Part shown: in pieces, positions 35,259-50,005 of the stretch
Layout: each line of letters starts with the position of its first letter
How positions within the stretch are numbered: position 1 is the stretch's first letter
Source of the DNA: Pristiophorus japonicus
Lineage: Eukaryota
Direction of reading: 5' to 3'
Assembly (NCBI RefSeq): GCF_044704955.1
Contig: NC_091989.1
Span: 85,684,001-85,748,000, forward strand
Length of the DNA: 64,000 nt
Program-made: the position numbers and the translations under genes
Notes under the pieces: generated by a model
What the model was told of the DNA's origin: nothing
Seen by the model: the letters and a program-made list of their open reading frames with translations, nothing else
The model's database searches: none

Positions 35259-38200
35259 TGTTATGTATTTAATCCTTGGCAACCCGTGTCACACCACCAC
35301 AAGAGGGCCTATATTTTGGAGTACGAAGGGATCCCAGCATCTCTTTGGAGCACTATATAAAAGCAGGCCACCCTCGCTGAAACTGCACTCTGTATTCAAA
35401 TTAAAGGAGCTAAGTTCACACTTGCTCATTTCTCACAATACTCAATTTCATCCTTTATTAGGAGCATAACAATTGGCAATGAGTTAACAAACAACCGCGC
35501 AAAAATCCAAAGAACAGTTGGTATCGTTGAGAAGTTCTCAAAGGGAACAATTGGTAGGCCTTCGTGGAGAGACTCGACCAATATTTCGTGGCCAACGAGC
35601 TCTAAGGGGATGAGAACGCTGCCAAACCAAGGGCAATCCTCCTTACCGTCTGTGGGCAACCACCTATGGCCTCATGAAGAATCTTCTAGCTCCGGTAAAA
35701 CCAACAAACAAATCCTATGAAGAATTGTTTACACTGGTCCTGGAGCATCTAAACCCTAAGGAAAGCATTTTGATGGTGAGATATCGGTTCCACACGTTTC
35801 AATGATCAGAGGGCCAGGAAGTAGTGAGCTATGTCGCCGAACTAAGGAGCCTTGCAGGACATTGCGAATTTGATGGATTCATTGAACTAATGCTGAGAGA
35901 CTTTTTGTGCTTGACATTGGCAATGAGGTAATCCTTCGCACACTATTGACTGTTGAAACACCAAATCTGAGCAAAGCCATAAAGAAAGCCCTGGCATTTA
36001 TGTCCACGAGCGATAACACCAAACAAATTTCTCAGCATAAAGACGTTTCAGCCAGTACTGTGCATAAAGTAACGTCATTCTCGAGCAGGAATATACATGG
36101 CAGAAGGTATACGCTGGCAGTTGCACGATCTCAGATGACCCAGAGTCCTCATCAAACGTTAATGCGAGGCAGTTAACACATTGTTGGGAATGTGTGGGTG
36201 ATCATTGAGCTTCAAGCACTATGCGTGCAATGGCTGCAGAACAATGGGACACCTCCAGCGAATGTGCAGGCGAGCTGCAAACATGGCAAGCCCTACAAAC
36301 CACCATGTTGCAGAGGACGGTCGATCCATGTTGGATCAGGCTGAAATAGAGACTCAAACTGAGGAAGCAGAAAAGTATGCGGTACACACCTTCACCACGA
36401 AATTTCCACCAACAATCATAAAAGTTGAACTGAATGGAATTGCAGTATCCATGGAACTGGACATGGGTGCGAGTCAGTCAATAATGAGCAAAAAGGCCTT
36501 CAACAGATTGTGGTGCAAAAAGGCACACAGGTCCAAGATCAGCCCCATTCACACCAAGCCAGGAACTCACACCATATAACTGATCCCTGTCATTGGCAGT
36601 GCAGAAGTCAAAGTCTCCTATGATGGAACAGTGCACAAACTCCCACTATGGATCATGCCAGGGGATTGCCCCACACTGTTCGGCAGAAGCTGGCTACGAA
36701 AAATCTGCTGGAATGGGGACGATATCCAAGTGCTTTTGTCCGTCGACGATGCCGCATGTGCCCAGATTCTGAGCAGATTGCCATCATCGTTCGAACCAGG
36801 CATTGTAAGTTTGTGGGGGGGCGAAAGTGCAGATCCATTTGCTTCCTAGTAGGCAACCCATCTACCACAACGCACAGGTGGTACCGTATATGATACGAGA
36901 GAAAGTGTAAATTGAGCTGGACAGGCTGCAGCAAGATTGTGTCATTGCGCTGGTTGAATTCAACGAATGGGCCAGTCCAATTCTCCCTGTACTCAAAGGT
37001 GATGGCGCGATTGGAATTTGTGGGGACTATAAAGTAACGATTAATGATTTTTCGCTACAAGATCAGTACCCGCTACCCATGGCAGATGACCTATTTGCCA
37101 CCCTGACTGGAGGGAAAGACGTTCACCAAGTAGGACCTGACATCAGCCTACATGACGCAGGAGCTGGAGGAATCTCCGAAGGGCCTCATGTGTATCAACA
37201 TATACAAAGGTCTGTTCATCTATAACAGATGCCCGTTTCGGATTCAGTCGGCCGCGGCAATTTTCCAATGGAAAATGGAGAGTCTCCTAAGGTCAGTTCC
37301 TCGCACCATGGTTTTCCAGGGCGACATACTGCTAACAGGTCAGGATACCATCGAACACTTGAAGAATCGTGTTTTAACTCAGCAAGATCGCGTGGGACTC
37401 AGGTTGAAATGCTCGAAGTATGTTTTCCTGGCATCAGAGGTCGAGTGCTTGGGAAGAAGAATTGCAGAAGACGGAATTAAACCCACCGATGTCAAGACGG
37501 ACGCCATCACAAATGCACTGAGACCACAGAACGTGACGGAGCTGTGGTAGTTCCTGTGACTCCTCAACTATTTTGGTAATTTCCTGCTGGGGTTGAGCAC
37601 CTTTCTTGAACCCATACATGTGCCACTGCGCAAGGGAGACGACTGGGCAGGGGGAATTCACAAGAGGCTGCGTTTGAGAAAGCCAGAAATCTGTTATCTT
37701 CAATCAAACTGCTTGTTCTGTGTAATCCATGTAAACGATTCGTGCAAGCTTGTGATTCGTCATCATACGGGGTCAGGTTTGTGTTACAATAGGCGAACGA
37801 GTCGGGGATTTTGCAACTGGTCGCTTATGCTTCCTGTCGTCTGTACGATGCCAATAGGGCCGACAGCATGATTGAGAAAGAAGCTCTGGCATGCTTTTAC
37901 GGGGTGAAAAAAATGCACTAATATGTGTTTGGTCTCAAGTTTGAGAATGAAACTGACCATAACCCGTTCATACCGCTATTCTCAGAGAGCAATGAGATTA
38001 ACACCAATGATGGGCGCTCACGCTGTTGGCATACAACTATGAAATCCGCCATAGACTGGGCACAGAGAACTGTGCTTATGCTCTAAGTAGGGTAAAATTG
38101 CCCACCACCGGGCTGGAAATGGCGCAGCCTGCAGACTTGCTCATGGTGATGGATGCATTCGAAAATGAAAAGTCACCCGTTACTGCACGCCAGATCAGCA

Positions 38201-39558
38201 GCTGGACCAGCCAAGATCCTTTACCGTCCCTGATAAAAAAAACTGTGTCCTTCATGTGAGCTGGTGCAGTGTCCCCGCGGAGATGCAGGAAGAGCTTAAG
38301 CAGTTCCACAGGCGCAAAGAAGAAATGTCCTTTCCTGTGGACTGCCTTTTGTGGGGTAATCTCCTGGTCTTGGCCATGAAAGACAGAGAAACGTTCATAC
38401 GTGACCTACACAGGACCCACCCAGGCATTGTAATGATCAAAGCCATAGCTATATCCCATGTGTGGTCGTCTGGCATCGAATCAGATTCAGAGTCATGCAA
38501 GCGCTAGTGCAACACTTCCTCACAACTGAGAAAGCCTACGAGCTATGTTTGCCACACGCAGCCTGCTTGATGTCCTCGTCAGCGACGATGGACCCTGGCA
38601 ACGAATTCATGATTTGCAATGGGATCAAGCACGTCACATCTGCGCAGTTCAAGCCTGCATCCAACGGCCAAGCAGAACGGGCAGTTCAGACCATCAAGCA
38701 ATGCTTGAAATGCGTGTCCGAAGGCTCCCTGCAGATCCGACTGCCCGAGTTCCGCTCCGCTACTGCACCAGATCCCACTCACTCACTGGGGTTCCCCCTG
38801 CCGAGCTGCTCAAAAGGGCGCTCAAACCAAGTCTCTCTCTTGTCCACCCTGATCTCCATGATCACAACGGGGACAGGCGCATCAACAAAAAATGTACCAT
38901 GATTGCGCAAATTTGTCACGTGATATTAAGGGCAATGATTCAGTGTTTGTACACAATTATGGACGTGGTCCAAAATTGCTCGATGGCATGCTCATAGCCA
39001 AAGAAGGGAGTTGGGAGTTTCAGGTCAATTGGCCAATGGACTAACCTGCGGAAAGCATTTGCACAAAATCGAATTGTGGTTCACTAACGGCTATGAGCAA
39101 TCAGAAGAGGGCACCACCAACTTCGACCCTCCAACACACATGCAAGTTGCATCCGACATCATGGATGACCACGAAGCCGTCCTCACCATCCCCAGCAGCC
39201 CGTCAAGGCCGGTTGTCCAGCACGCCAGTGAAGAACCAACCAACTCACCCACACCTGCATTTGTACCGAGATTATCGACAAGGAAGCGAAAAGCCCCAGA
39301 GCGACTCACCCTGTATAAGTGTAATATTGAATTTACGAGGGAGTGGTGTTTTTTATTTAACCATTGGCAACCTGTTTCACACCACCACCAGGCGGCCTAC
39401 TTATTCGAGTACCAAGGGATTCTAGCATCCCTTGGAGCACTGTATATTAGCAGGCCACACACGTGGTTCCTGAAATCTGGAGCCTAATTAAAGGAGCTAA
39501 GGTCACACTTGCTCATTGCTCACAGTCCTCAGTTTCATCCTTTAACATGAGCATAACA
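35259..39558 (+). mobile_element. Decayed Gypsy/Ty3 LTR retrotransposon
   Basis: TG...CA LTRs at 35259-35471 and 39347-39558; PBS-like TGGCAATGAG; purine tract before the 3' LTR; TSD CAAAC at 35254-35258 and 39559-39563; protease (ELDMGAS), RT (WASPI, ICGDYK, YPLP), RNase H and integrase (PASNGQAERAVQ) remnants in Gypsy order. Confidence 0.95.
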
Positions 39559-41663
39559 CAAACAACGTTGCTCGTCCCTTTGAGCTAATCAGGCGATAGC
39601 ACATTGATTCATTTACATTAAACGATACCACGAAGGATTCCAATCTCCATATCTGATTTATACCTGCTGACACAGAGAACTATTGTTACCCTGCCTCTCT
39701 AAGCTGATGAAGTTCAACTCATCACCTTTTTTTGTTTCCTCGATGATTATCAATGTCAACCACTATATCTTGTGCAACCTACCTGTTGTTCTCTTTCATA
39801 ATCTGGCTGCGTCAAACAACTTTTATTTACATGCGCTTCCGGATTTTAACCCAACAATGTGTGGATGCTTAGATGCTGGCAAATATAGATTTGCTGCTAG
39901 AGCACACATTAATTTTATTATTAATTCTCGGGTTGTTGCTATTGTTGACAAGGCCAGTATTAATTGTGGGCCTTCTTCTTGAACAGCTTATCGAGGTTGG
40001 CTACAACTGAGTAGCTTGCTAGACCATTTCAGAGGAAAGTAAACATTCAAATCTTTTGCTCTGGGGCTGGTATCCCACGGAGGACAGACTGCAGAGTAAG
40101 AGCTGGTTGCCTTCCTTTCATTGTACAGGTTGCGTTTACACAACAATTCAACTGCTTCATGGTCACAGTTACTGATAATTATGTTTCACTTGCAAATTTT
40201 TGGAACTAAGTTAAATTCTCACTACCGTTTGAACTCTTCTGCTCAGGATTACTAATCCAGGCTGTTGAATATGATGATTCAACTCGAAAAAACATTATTG
40301 TGTTTTATCTTGTTAGGAATATCGTACAAATATTGCGTCAGCACTATTTCCTCTATTCAGCATCACTGGTCTAAGCGGACACTGCGTCCCTTATGACATG
40401 CAAATTATTATTTAATTATATTGCAGCGTCGCCAGGGACCCATAAAAATCAAGCACATTGGGTACATTGTATACTGTGACTTGCCGCAGATCTACATGTG
40501 CGAACCTCCTAGCGTCCGGATAATAAAGATTCTGGTGACTTCAGGTTAAGTATGGATACGCAAGCTATTCCCTTTCATATAACATATATTTACGATTTTA
40601 AACCTTACCAACGATAGCGGTCGTCAGCATGGATCATACCTCCATGTGCGCAAGCCAGAAGTTAGACCTGAAAATGGGCCCATTCCCCTATCCATTCTGC
40701 CGAGGCTGTTACATTCAAGTTTATTGGCAATGTCATTAGAATATGCTAGACCGTAAAATAGACGTAAATGAACGAAAATAATCGAAGTACAAGGAAAGCA
40801 CCAAACTCACGCCATCTGCCTCTTCCCTAATTATAACAATTAATGTTTCATCTGATTGACCCATCGTTCACGCACAACATGCAGTGAGTTTAAAAATCTG
40901 CAATCGGAAAGTTTTACCAATTTGAAGGTGACTGTACTTATACCATAATAATAATAGAACCAGAAATTACAATGAAGGTTGCAGTGAAGGAAATTTTAAA
41001 ATAAAACTCAAAAATTGGACTAAAATTCCAAAGAATTTTTTTTTTTCCTGGCACGACTTAGAATCCGATCGAAATATTAAGAACCTTCTGAGCATGCGAA
41101 AATGGAGGAAATTCGGGTATAAGTCTCAGTAGCTAATTGTGGGACCATTATTATGGGCCGAGATGCGATCTGCTTGGAAGTTAAATTGAAAGCCTTTGAA
41201 GATTGAGGAGATTAGCGCATATTGCAAATACACGCATAATTCAATAAAGCCAAAATTGCTCAATATTTTAAGGCAGGTAATTGGTTTAAGCCCAGATTAT
41301 GCATGGCTCTATGCACAAGTACACAGTAAATTAAACGTCATCCTGTAACTTCGACAGAAACCTGAAACTAATGGAGCAAACGGTGTTTACACGAATCTTG
41401 AAGTCTTTTCAAGTTCTTTACTCCGCTGTAGCACTCTAAAGTTAGGTCATAGATAATGCCCTGAAGCCCCACTGCTTGAGATGACCATAGAACATTCCTC
41501 AGCGTGTGTTTCATTGTTGAATGTGCGGTGGTTCACATCAGACGAGTAACCAAGGCACCCTGTGGTTGATCAGTGTTACATAAAAGATCCCAGGGCACGA
41601 TTTTAAAAACAACAGGGGAGTTTACGTGATTTTTCTGCCATCTTTGATTTATTCGACAATAGC

Positions 41664-42180
41664 ATCATCATCATCATCATAGGCAGTCTCTCGAACGGCG
41701 ATGACTTGCTTCCACATGAGTTAACAGATTTTTCAATGAAAGACTCGATGTTCCAGTCCTGAACTGTAATTGAAGAGGTGGAACATGTCTCTGCGTGGAT
41801 ATTTTTAACGTGTGGTGACAGTTGCATACCACTCACCACACGGGCTTGATAGAGCTAGGCAGAACCAATGGCAAGAGTTAACCAGAACGACTGGAAACCT
41901 GCTCTGCTGCACGGATCTAGTGCACACACATATCGCAGTGTGGGCTGGCCAGTGATGCCCCTGGGTCCTCGCCTTTTCTGGGCCCTGAACCCTCATTCCG
42001 TTATGAATCTACACCTTTGTGGGAAGACAAAAGTGGTGTCTCTACCACTGCTGCTGTTGGGGATACCATGGGGTCATCATCATAGGCAGTCACTCGGTTC
42101 GAGGAAGACTTGCTTCCACTCTAAAAATGAGTCCATAGGTGGCGGAACACTGCAATACGGGAACCACAACCCCTGTCACA
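41664..42180 (-). mobile_element. SINE/LINE fragments with (ATG)n RTE-like tails
   Basis: (CAT)nAGGCAGTC.CTCG...GACTTGCTTCCAC at 41664 and 42074; body similar to 17790-18090. Confidence 0.65.
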
Positions 42181-43090
42181 GAAACATCGCAGATTGTATG
42201 GTCATTTTACTCACTGTTATTTGTGCAGCCACGCTCTGCATTAATTGGATGGCACATTTGGATAATTTAAATATATTAACTACATTATAGCTCTAATTAA
42301 TTTGCTACTAAACCATTTGGGACATGTAGAGTATCCCAACACCTTTATTTAAATGCACTTACTCCTTTGGTTGCCTCATCGAACTTCGCTGACTCAAATA
42401 TTAGCATGTAGTGCCGCTAACCATAATAATTATATCACCTTCTTATCGGAGGCATATTTATTTAACAAGTTATCTATGTACCAATGCAGTTGTTTGTTTA
42501 TTTATTTTAATTCCTTTATTTATGTAACCATTTGCATCTCATATGAGAGGGACTATATATTTTTTTCATCAATTAGCTACACTGTACACCCCAAGGGAAT
42601 GAAGACCGTATAGACTTTCATTGCATCTGTGTGTTAGTAATAGTTATAATTTACATTCACACCAAATCAGCAATGAATAATAGAGCTACATTTATTGAAT
42701 TTTGAACCAATAGCACAATGTACTGAAGCAGAATATCAGATATCTAAATAGCGCAAATAGGTTATTTTTCACTGACACATAAATCTTATTTTTCTAGAAA
42801 TCGAAAAGATGCAGAGGTTCTCAAATAGCTTTCATAATATTGAAAAATGAATGTGACAATCTTCAGACCCAGAGGCTTTTGATTATTGTTCCCTGACTAG
42901 CTAGAGATCGCAGAAATAAATAGAAATTATTCGATTTACTTTTAATAAAAGTTAAAGTAAATAAATAATTTATTGATTATCAAAGACAATGCGACTATGC
43001 TGCCTCAATTTTTTTTTATCTGTAATGGCGTCTTGCCTCTTGAAACTTCAGAAAAAGAAACTCAATGAATGATAAATATTGACTTTCTAG

Positions 43091-43200
43091 CAAGAGCGCG
43101 AGGTAGCTGAGGAAAAGCTGACATATGCTGCTTTGGTTCTGATAGGGACCAATGAAGGATAACATTCTAAACAACACAAAAGAAGTACAGTGCATGCAGA
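43091..43200 (+). pseudogene. Second cytoplasmic exon, copy 2 (ITIM LTYAAL, TAA at 43160-43162)
   Basis: tttctag|CAA: QEREVAEEKLTYAALVLIGTNEG*; the downstream TVYAE has become TVHAE. Confidence 0.8.
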
Positions 43201-43319
43201 GTACAGCTCAATTCACACGTGGAAACAATAATATTGCGAATCACAATAAGCTTGGTTTTGTGAAGACACGGAAAATTAATTTGATGTAATTTTCATTTAT
43301 ATTTTTTCAAGAAAAATTT

Positions 43320-43400
43320 GACTGCTACCAAGAAAACATCGAGACCTAACCACAAAGTATCACATCTGGTATACGCAGCGGCGTAGATGAGCACCTAATT
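43320..43400 (+). pseudogene. Remnant of the terminal cytoplasmic exon, copy 2
   Basis: Matches 16488-16565; the acceptor and the LTYIAL segment are deleted; LVYAAA*. Confidence 0.75.
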
Positions 43401-46400
43401 AAGGAAACAGGGCAAAGCTGAAAGGATTGAAGCGATTTGCTCGTCATAGATGCGTTTACGTTGCTTGTATGCTTTACACTGCTACTGCATTTCTCAAGGC
43501 TTCCCTTATTCTCCTATTTCGTGGAACGAGTTGTTGCTTTCCACCAATCTATCTTGGACACGCAGCATTCCGGCATGTAACTCACGCAACGTGTGTCAAT
43601 CAAAGCCACAGCTGGCTTATTTGCAAACGTCAACGCTGCTCCCATTCCCTTGACGTCTTGATCAAGTTTGACATGGTGAGCCGCTAATTATTCTCTCTTT
43701 TTTGTCTAATATCCGACTCCATAGTATACCTTCTCATGATTCCGCTTGTTCTGGTAAACAATGGAGAATTTGCATATTTTACTTCCGTTTCTCTTGTTTG
43801 CACGTTTTTCTCCTTGGGACAGCCTTTAATACACGAAATGATAACTAGTTATTTGATTGCTTCTAATATTTTAATTCTTAATGTTTCATTCTATTTCGCA
43901 TCAGATGCATTCTTACTTAATCCTATTTTCATTCTCGCAAAATTTCCTCCCTTTGGTTATGCGTGCTATCCCACCTACTCCCATTTTGCCGGGTTATATT
44001 AAAACATTTTTGTTTCATTCTTGTATCCGGAAGAGGATCCAAGTCACAATCGTCAATCTATCTCTTATCTCCAGAGTTGGTGACTGGTTCGTGTCTTTCC
44101 TGTTCATATATAAATTTTGGCTTTCGGCCAGAATTGAATGTTTTTATGCAATTATTATTATTATAGCGATTCCAATGCAGTTTCCTCCTCTCTCAATATA
44201 AACATTTGAAATGTAGCGTTATGCTCTATCCATAATTCGCCACCTGAGCATCATTGATGTGCGATCTCAATATATAATGATCCAGCAGGATAGGGCCAGT
44301 ATCAGAAGTGCACTTGACACCGAGTTTATTTCACGGCTGAGCATATTGCACCAAAGACTGACCACATTTTTAATATTCAGGCGCTCTTGTGACATAGTTT
44401 TCTGCATTTAGTATCAGCAGAAAGTTTATTTGCTCGTTCAGTACTTGAATCCTGTAAACACTTCAGATTCCATCCTAATTTGAGTCATCATCTGGAAAAC
44501 TAGTTTTAGGTTAACTGAGAACAACGCCATCCCTAACATCTATTTTGCTATCAAGACCACTTATGTGCATCCCCTCAACATCTTCATCCACCAGTCATCA
44601 CCATCGCTCCTCCTTCTTCTTCGGTGATCCCTCGGATGGAGGATGACTGGCTTCCATGCCAAAAAGGGATGAGTTCAATGAGTTCACAGGTTTTTCAATG
44701 AAGGACTTAATGTTCCAGGTTCCCGAACTGCATATTGAAGGGTGGAAGATATCTGTGCATGGAGTTTTTTTTAACATCTGCTGGTTATAGTACACCAGCC
44801 ACCACACGGGCTTGACACAGTTAAGTTGGCAAGCGTTACCAAGATGACCGGGGACCAGCTATTCAGCGCAGACCTAGTGCACACACATATCGCAGTGTGG
44901 GCTGTCCTCTGCTGCCCCTGGGTCCACTGCACTTCGGGGCCCCGAACTCATGTCTCTCCTGGGCCCCGATCACATCGCTCTGCAATCTCTCGCCACCCCA
45001 ACTTTGCCGTTCCTGATTGACCTGCCCACGCTCCAATCAGCGACCTGCACCTTGATGTCGTCCAATCCAGTCGCCCTGTTCACAGCCACCACCCTCCTGT
45101 ACGACCTAGAGCTGTACCTTGCAGTGGAATACCAACATGCTGCTCCCGGGCCGCGGTTTGCCATTCTTTTTTGGCCACGGCCAGCCGCTGATGTTCCCAC
45201 GCAGGTCGTAGCCGCCACACTGCTCCCACGCCGCAGCTCACCATTCCTTTTAAGGCTCGGACCTGCCGCTGATGTTCCGAAGCAGTTCTGGGCTGCCACG
45301 CTGCACCCCAAAGAGATACCCTCTTTATTGGTAACTCCTTGACGCTGACACATGCTTATCAAATATCGCAATTCTATATCACTTAACATCGGACTGGTAT
45401 CTGTGGTTCCCCGCTCCAAAAATCTGAAACCATTCAGAACAATGGAATCGGTACTCTGGACAACAAAATGTTCATATTACCTAAATTCCATCTGATCCTC
45501 GGCCTCATCTTCAAATGCTTCCCTGGCCTCGTATCACTCTTCTTTAGTGAACTCCCCCAGTTATACATCCCACAAGCAACCGAGGATCCTGTGACATCAG
45601 GTTACTCCTTGTTATATCCTCCTCTGACCCACAACTGGAGTTAGCAATTTTAAGCATTGCACATCTTCCCTTTGGAATTCACTATCTGCCTAGCGTACTC
45701 TTTCCGTCCTTGCTCAAAAATGTTCGACAACCATTTAATTCGCCTGCCACATTGCCCCTCCTCAAAAGTATCTGTTTTTATTTGCATCCAGCTAATCAAA
45801 TATTTCACTATTGAATTAGATTTCTAAAAATTGTGAGCGTCCTGTATTAATGGCATTCGTTTCTTTAACTATTTCCGTTGCCATTATACGTGTGTAATTT
45901 TCAGACTTTTTTTGTCTTTCGATGAACAATTTCAGACATCACAATTATTAAATTGAATTAGCTCCAAGAATGCTACTTCTGGTGTCAGTTACATGATTGG
46001 TGAGCAACATACCAGAAACAATATATAAATGCATGCCACATGACGTTTCTCAATAACGGAAATATAACTTATTCTTGAGAGAACTGGAGCCGAAATTTGG
46101 AGGTCTAAAATCATTCGGTTTCCAATTATAGTAAATATAGTTACATATGTCTGAGCAATAAATTATATGGATATAGTGATGAATGTTTTGCTAAAATTCT
46201 GTCTGCCAAGTATGGCCTCAAATTAAAGTATGATTTACTTGTTGAAATCTCGCGTGTTGTTTAAAGGAATATAATTTTATTGATCGACACACTGCAGTTC
46301 AGATTAACACAACAATCGAAGCTTACTTCGTTCACTAATCATATATTTGACTTCTATTTGAAAATTCGTTTTGATGTTGATGTCAGGTGGTCGAAGAGAA

Positions 46401-48299
46401 TGATTATAATTGAAATGGTAATATGATTAGGCAGAGTTAACACGGTTTTGTGAAAGCGAAATTGTTTATGAAAAATCTATTCTACTTTTTTGAGGGTTCA
46501 ACTAACTAAGGATAGGCTGGAAGCATTGGATGTTGAATATTAGGATTTTCTGAAGGCATTCCATAAAGTCCCATAAAATAGGTTGTTCACACAGCATTGC
46601 GTCTCTTGGGTTTGGGGTAATATATTAGCATGTATTGAGGATTGGTTAAGAGACCGACGACAGAGAGTATTAATTAACGGTCCTAATCAGGACAGCCTTT
46701 CTTCCCTTCCTTCTCCTAGCACATTGGGCCAAATCTCCTTTAAGATTCCCCACCGCATTAGCGCAGAACATGAATTACTCTACAGTTGCTTTCCATTCTC
46801 CACGCTCATCTTGACCATGAGATCAGCTTCTATCTCGCTATTTCCACGAAACTGCTGATCACCCAACTTCCATTTTTGCACCAATGTTAACCAACATTGT
46901 TAATGGATCAAGCTCCTCCAGTAGCGTCCACCTCTCAGTCAAATGCGCCTTCATCACTCAACTCCTCAAAAAAAACCTTGATCACTCCGTTCTTTCCAAT
47001 TCTGCCACATCTCCAAACTTCCTTTCCTCTACAAATTTCTTGAACATGCTATCACCTCCCAATTTTGTGTGCTTCATTTCTGGAATCATATGTTTTAACA
47101 CCCCAAACCGGATTCTGATCCTGTCACATTACTGAAACGTCTCACCTCAAAATCAGACATCATGTGTGACCGTGATGAAGGTAAAATATACTTTCTCGTC
47201 CTTTTTGTTTTGTCTGATGCTTTTGATACGGTGGATCACTCCATCCTCCTTCAACACCTCTCCACAATCGTCCAGTAGGTGGGACTCCACTCGCCACATT
47301 CCATTATTTTTGAGATACGAAATGAATGCTGGTTCAAGTGGGCCTGGACAACGAATCACAACGCAATATTCTACTTGTCAATAACGGCAACTCCGTTTGT
47401 GCGAGTTCCAATCACTATAAATGAGAAAAAACCCTAAAAGTCATAAACACAGCATAATTATGGGATAAAAAACCTAACACATTTAAAATTAATTGAAATT
47501 AAAATTAATTACATTTTATGAAAAGAAAAATATTTTGGGAATTTTTCTCTGTGATAATACGGTTTAAAATAAACTTAACTTAATGGACAGGGTTTTTAAA
47601 CTTAAAATGTGATGTGAACTGTATTTATTATATGTTTTAAAACGATTATACTATTAAAAGTAAGTTACGCGCCTGCTTTCACCAGGCATAAGATTTTGAA
47701 GGACATTCACTGGGCAAGATATGCCCAAATAGTCCAAACTTGGCTGTGCTAATGTCCTTCTTGTGGGGATGTATTCGGTCTGTCAAAACAAATCTTGACA
47801 GATTGGCAAAGCTGGTTTTTGGTGCAAGTGCATTGCGCCGCAGAAACCGACTTGTGCGAGGCCTCACCAGGTCCGTTCACACTCCGTATAGACTTGGTGA
47901 GGCCAGAATTTTAGCACCATTAAGTTCTTCACTCTTTTAGCTTCATTTTCCCCACTATATTTGGTCTGCTTTTTATTGCTTCTAATGTGAAGACAGATAT
48001 AAAAAAAAGTGTTTATCGTCTCTGTCATTTCTTTAATTCACATTACAATTTCCCCATTAAAGTTTCAGCTTGCCTAATCCCTGAGGCCGAAGTTTAATTT
48101 GCTACTTTCTTGCTTTTTCCATACTTCTGGAAGCTCTTACAGTCAGTTGCTTTATTTATTGCGAATTGACTTCCATTCAAATGTCCTTTTTTTCATTTAT
48201 TATGAAATCGTCGGCTGATTTCTAAAACACTCCCGATCCACAGGCTTACGACTATTCTTTGGAAAATTATAATCTTCTTTTTTAATGTAATACTGTTCT

Positions 48300-50005
48300 G
48301 AAGGACACAAAAAATGAACAAAATGTGATAGATAGGCTGAGTGAGTGGGCAAATATTTGGAAGATGGAGTATAATGTTGGAAAGTGTGAGGTCATGCATT
48401 TTGGCAGAAAAAAATCAAAGAGCAATGTATTATTTCAATGGAGAAAGTTTGTAAAGTGCGGAGGTACAGCGGGACCTGTGGGTTCTTGTGCATGAGACAG
48501 AAAAGGTTAGTATGCAGGTGTAGCAAGTGATCAGGAATGCCAATGGTTCCTTGGCATTTATTGCAAAGGGGATCGGGTATAAAAGCAGTGAAGACTTGCT
48601 ACAGTTGGACAGGGTGTTGGTGAGGGCAGACCTGGAACACTGCGTGCAGTTTTGGTTTCCATATTTGCGAAAGGATCATCTTGCTTTGGAGGCAATTTAG
48701 AGAAGGTTCACTAGGTTGATTGCGGAGATGAGGGCCTTTACTTATGAGGCAAGTTTGAATAGGTTGGGCCTCTGCTCATTGGAATTCAGAAGAATGAGAG
48801 CTAATCTTATCGAAACGTATAAGATTATGAGAGGGCTTGAAAGGATAGATGCAGAGTGGATGATTCCATTGAAACATAGACATAGAAACATAGAAAATAG
48901 GTGCAGGAGCAGGCCATTCAGCCCTTCTAGCCTGCACCGCCATTCAATGAGTTCATGGCTGAACATGAAACTTCAGTACCCCCTTCCTGCTTTCTCGCCA
49001 TAACCCTTGATCCCCCGAGTAGTAAGGACTTCATCTAACTCCCTTTTGAATATATTTAGTGAATTGGCCTCAACTACTTTCTGTGGTAGAGAATTCCACA
49101 GGTTCACCAGTCTCTGGGTGAAGAAGTTTCTTCTCATCTCGGTCCTAAATGGCTTACCCCTTATCCTCAGACTGTGACCCCTGGTTCTGGACTTCCCCAA
49201 CATTGGGAACATTCTTCCTGCATCTAAGCTGTCTAAACCCGTCAGAATTTTAAACGTTTCTATGAGGTCCCCTCTCACTCTTCTGAACTCCAGTGAATAC
49301 AAGCCCAGTTGATTCAGTCTTTCTTGATAGGTCAGTCCCACCATCCCGGGAATCAGTCTGGTGAATCTTCGCTGCACTCCCTCAATAGCAAGAATGTCCT
49401 TCCTCAAGTTAGGAGACCAAAACTGTACACAATACTCCAGGTGTGGCCTCACCAAGTCCCTGTACAACTGTAGCAACACCTCCCTGCCCCTGTATTCAAA
49501 TCCCCTCGTTATGAAGGCCAACATGCCATTTGCTTTCTTAACCGCCTGCTGTACCTGCATGCTAACCTTCAATGACTGATGTACCATGACACCCAGGTCT
49601 CGTTGCACCTTCCCTTTTCCTAATCTGTCACCATTCAGATAATAGTCTGTCTCTCTGTTTTTACCACCAAAGTGGATAACCTAAGAGGGGAGACTAGAAA
49701 TAGAGGGCATCATTTTAGAATAAGGGGCCGCCCATTTAAAACTGAGATGAGGAAACATTTCATCTCTCAATGGGTTATGGATCTGTGGAATTCGCTGCAT
49801 CGGAGAGCTGTGGAAGTTGGGACATTGATTAAATTTAAGAGAGAAACAATTTCTTAAACGATAAGGAAATAAGGGGATATGTTGAGCGGGCCGGGCAGTG
49901 GACCTGAATCTATGATTGGACCAGCCATGATCGTATTAATTGGTGGAGCAGGCTCGAGTGTCCTTATGGACTGCTCCTGCTCCTATATCTTTTGTTATTA
50001 TGTTC
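48300..50005. mobile_element. Older plus-strand CR1 3' fragment interrupted by a young minus-strand CR1 (~48871-49681)
   Basis: ORF 48973-49608 is nearly identical to the C-terminus of 8886-11213; the older element resumes at GGGGAGACTAGAAATAGAGGGCAT. Confidence 0.9.

Larger units (their letters stand above)
26470..47295 (+). repeat. Segmental duplicate of ~6290-20450 (receptor gene plus 3' flank)
   Basis: Collinear intron and flank similarity: 6290-6950~26470-27135; 11310-11715~27145-27540; 13165-14860~33570-35220; 15240-20450~42210-47295. Confidence 0.9.

Noticed and set aside
47375-47915. Possible MITE/DNA-transposon remnants (also ~25180-25830, 54990-55600, 59300-59655)
   Set aside because: Only one plausible terminus is visible per copy; paired TIRs and TSDs could not be established.
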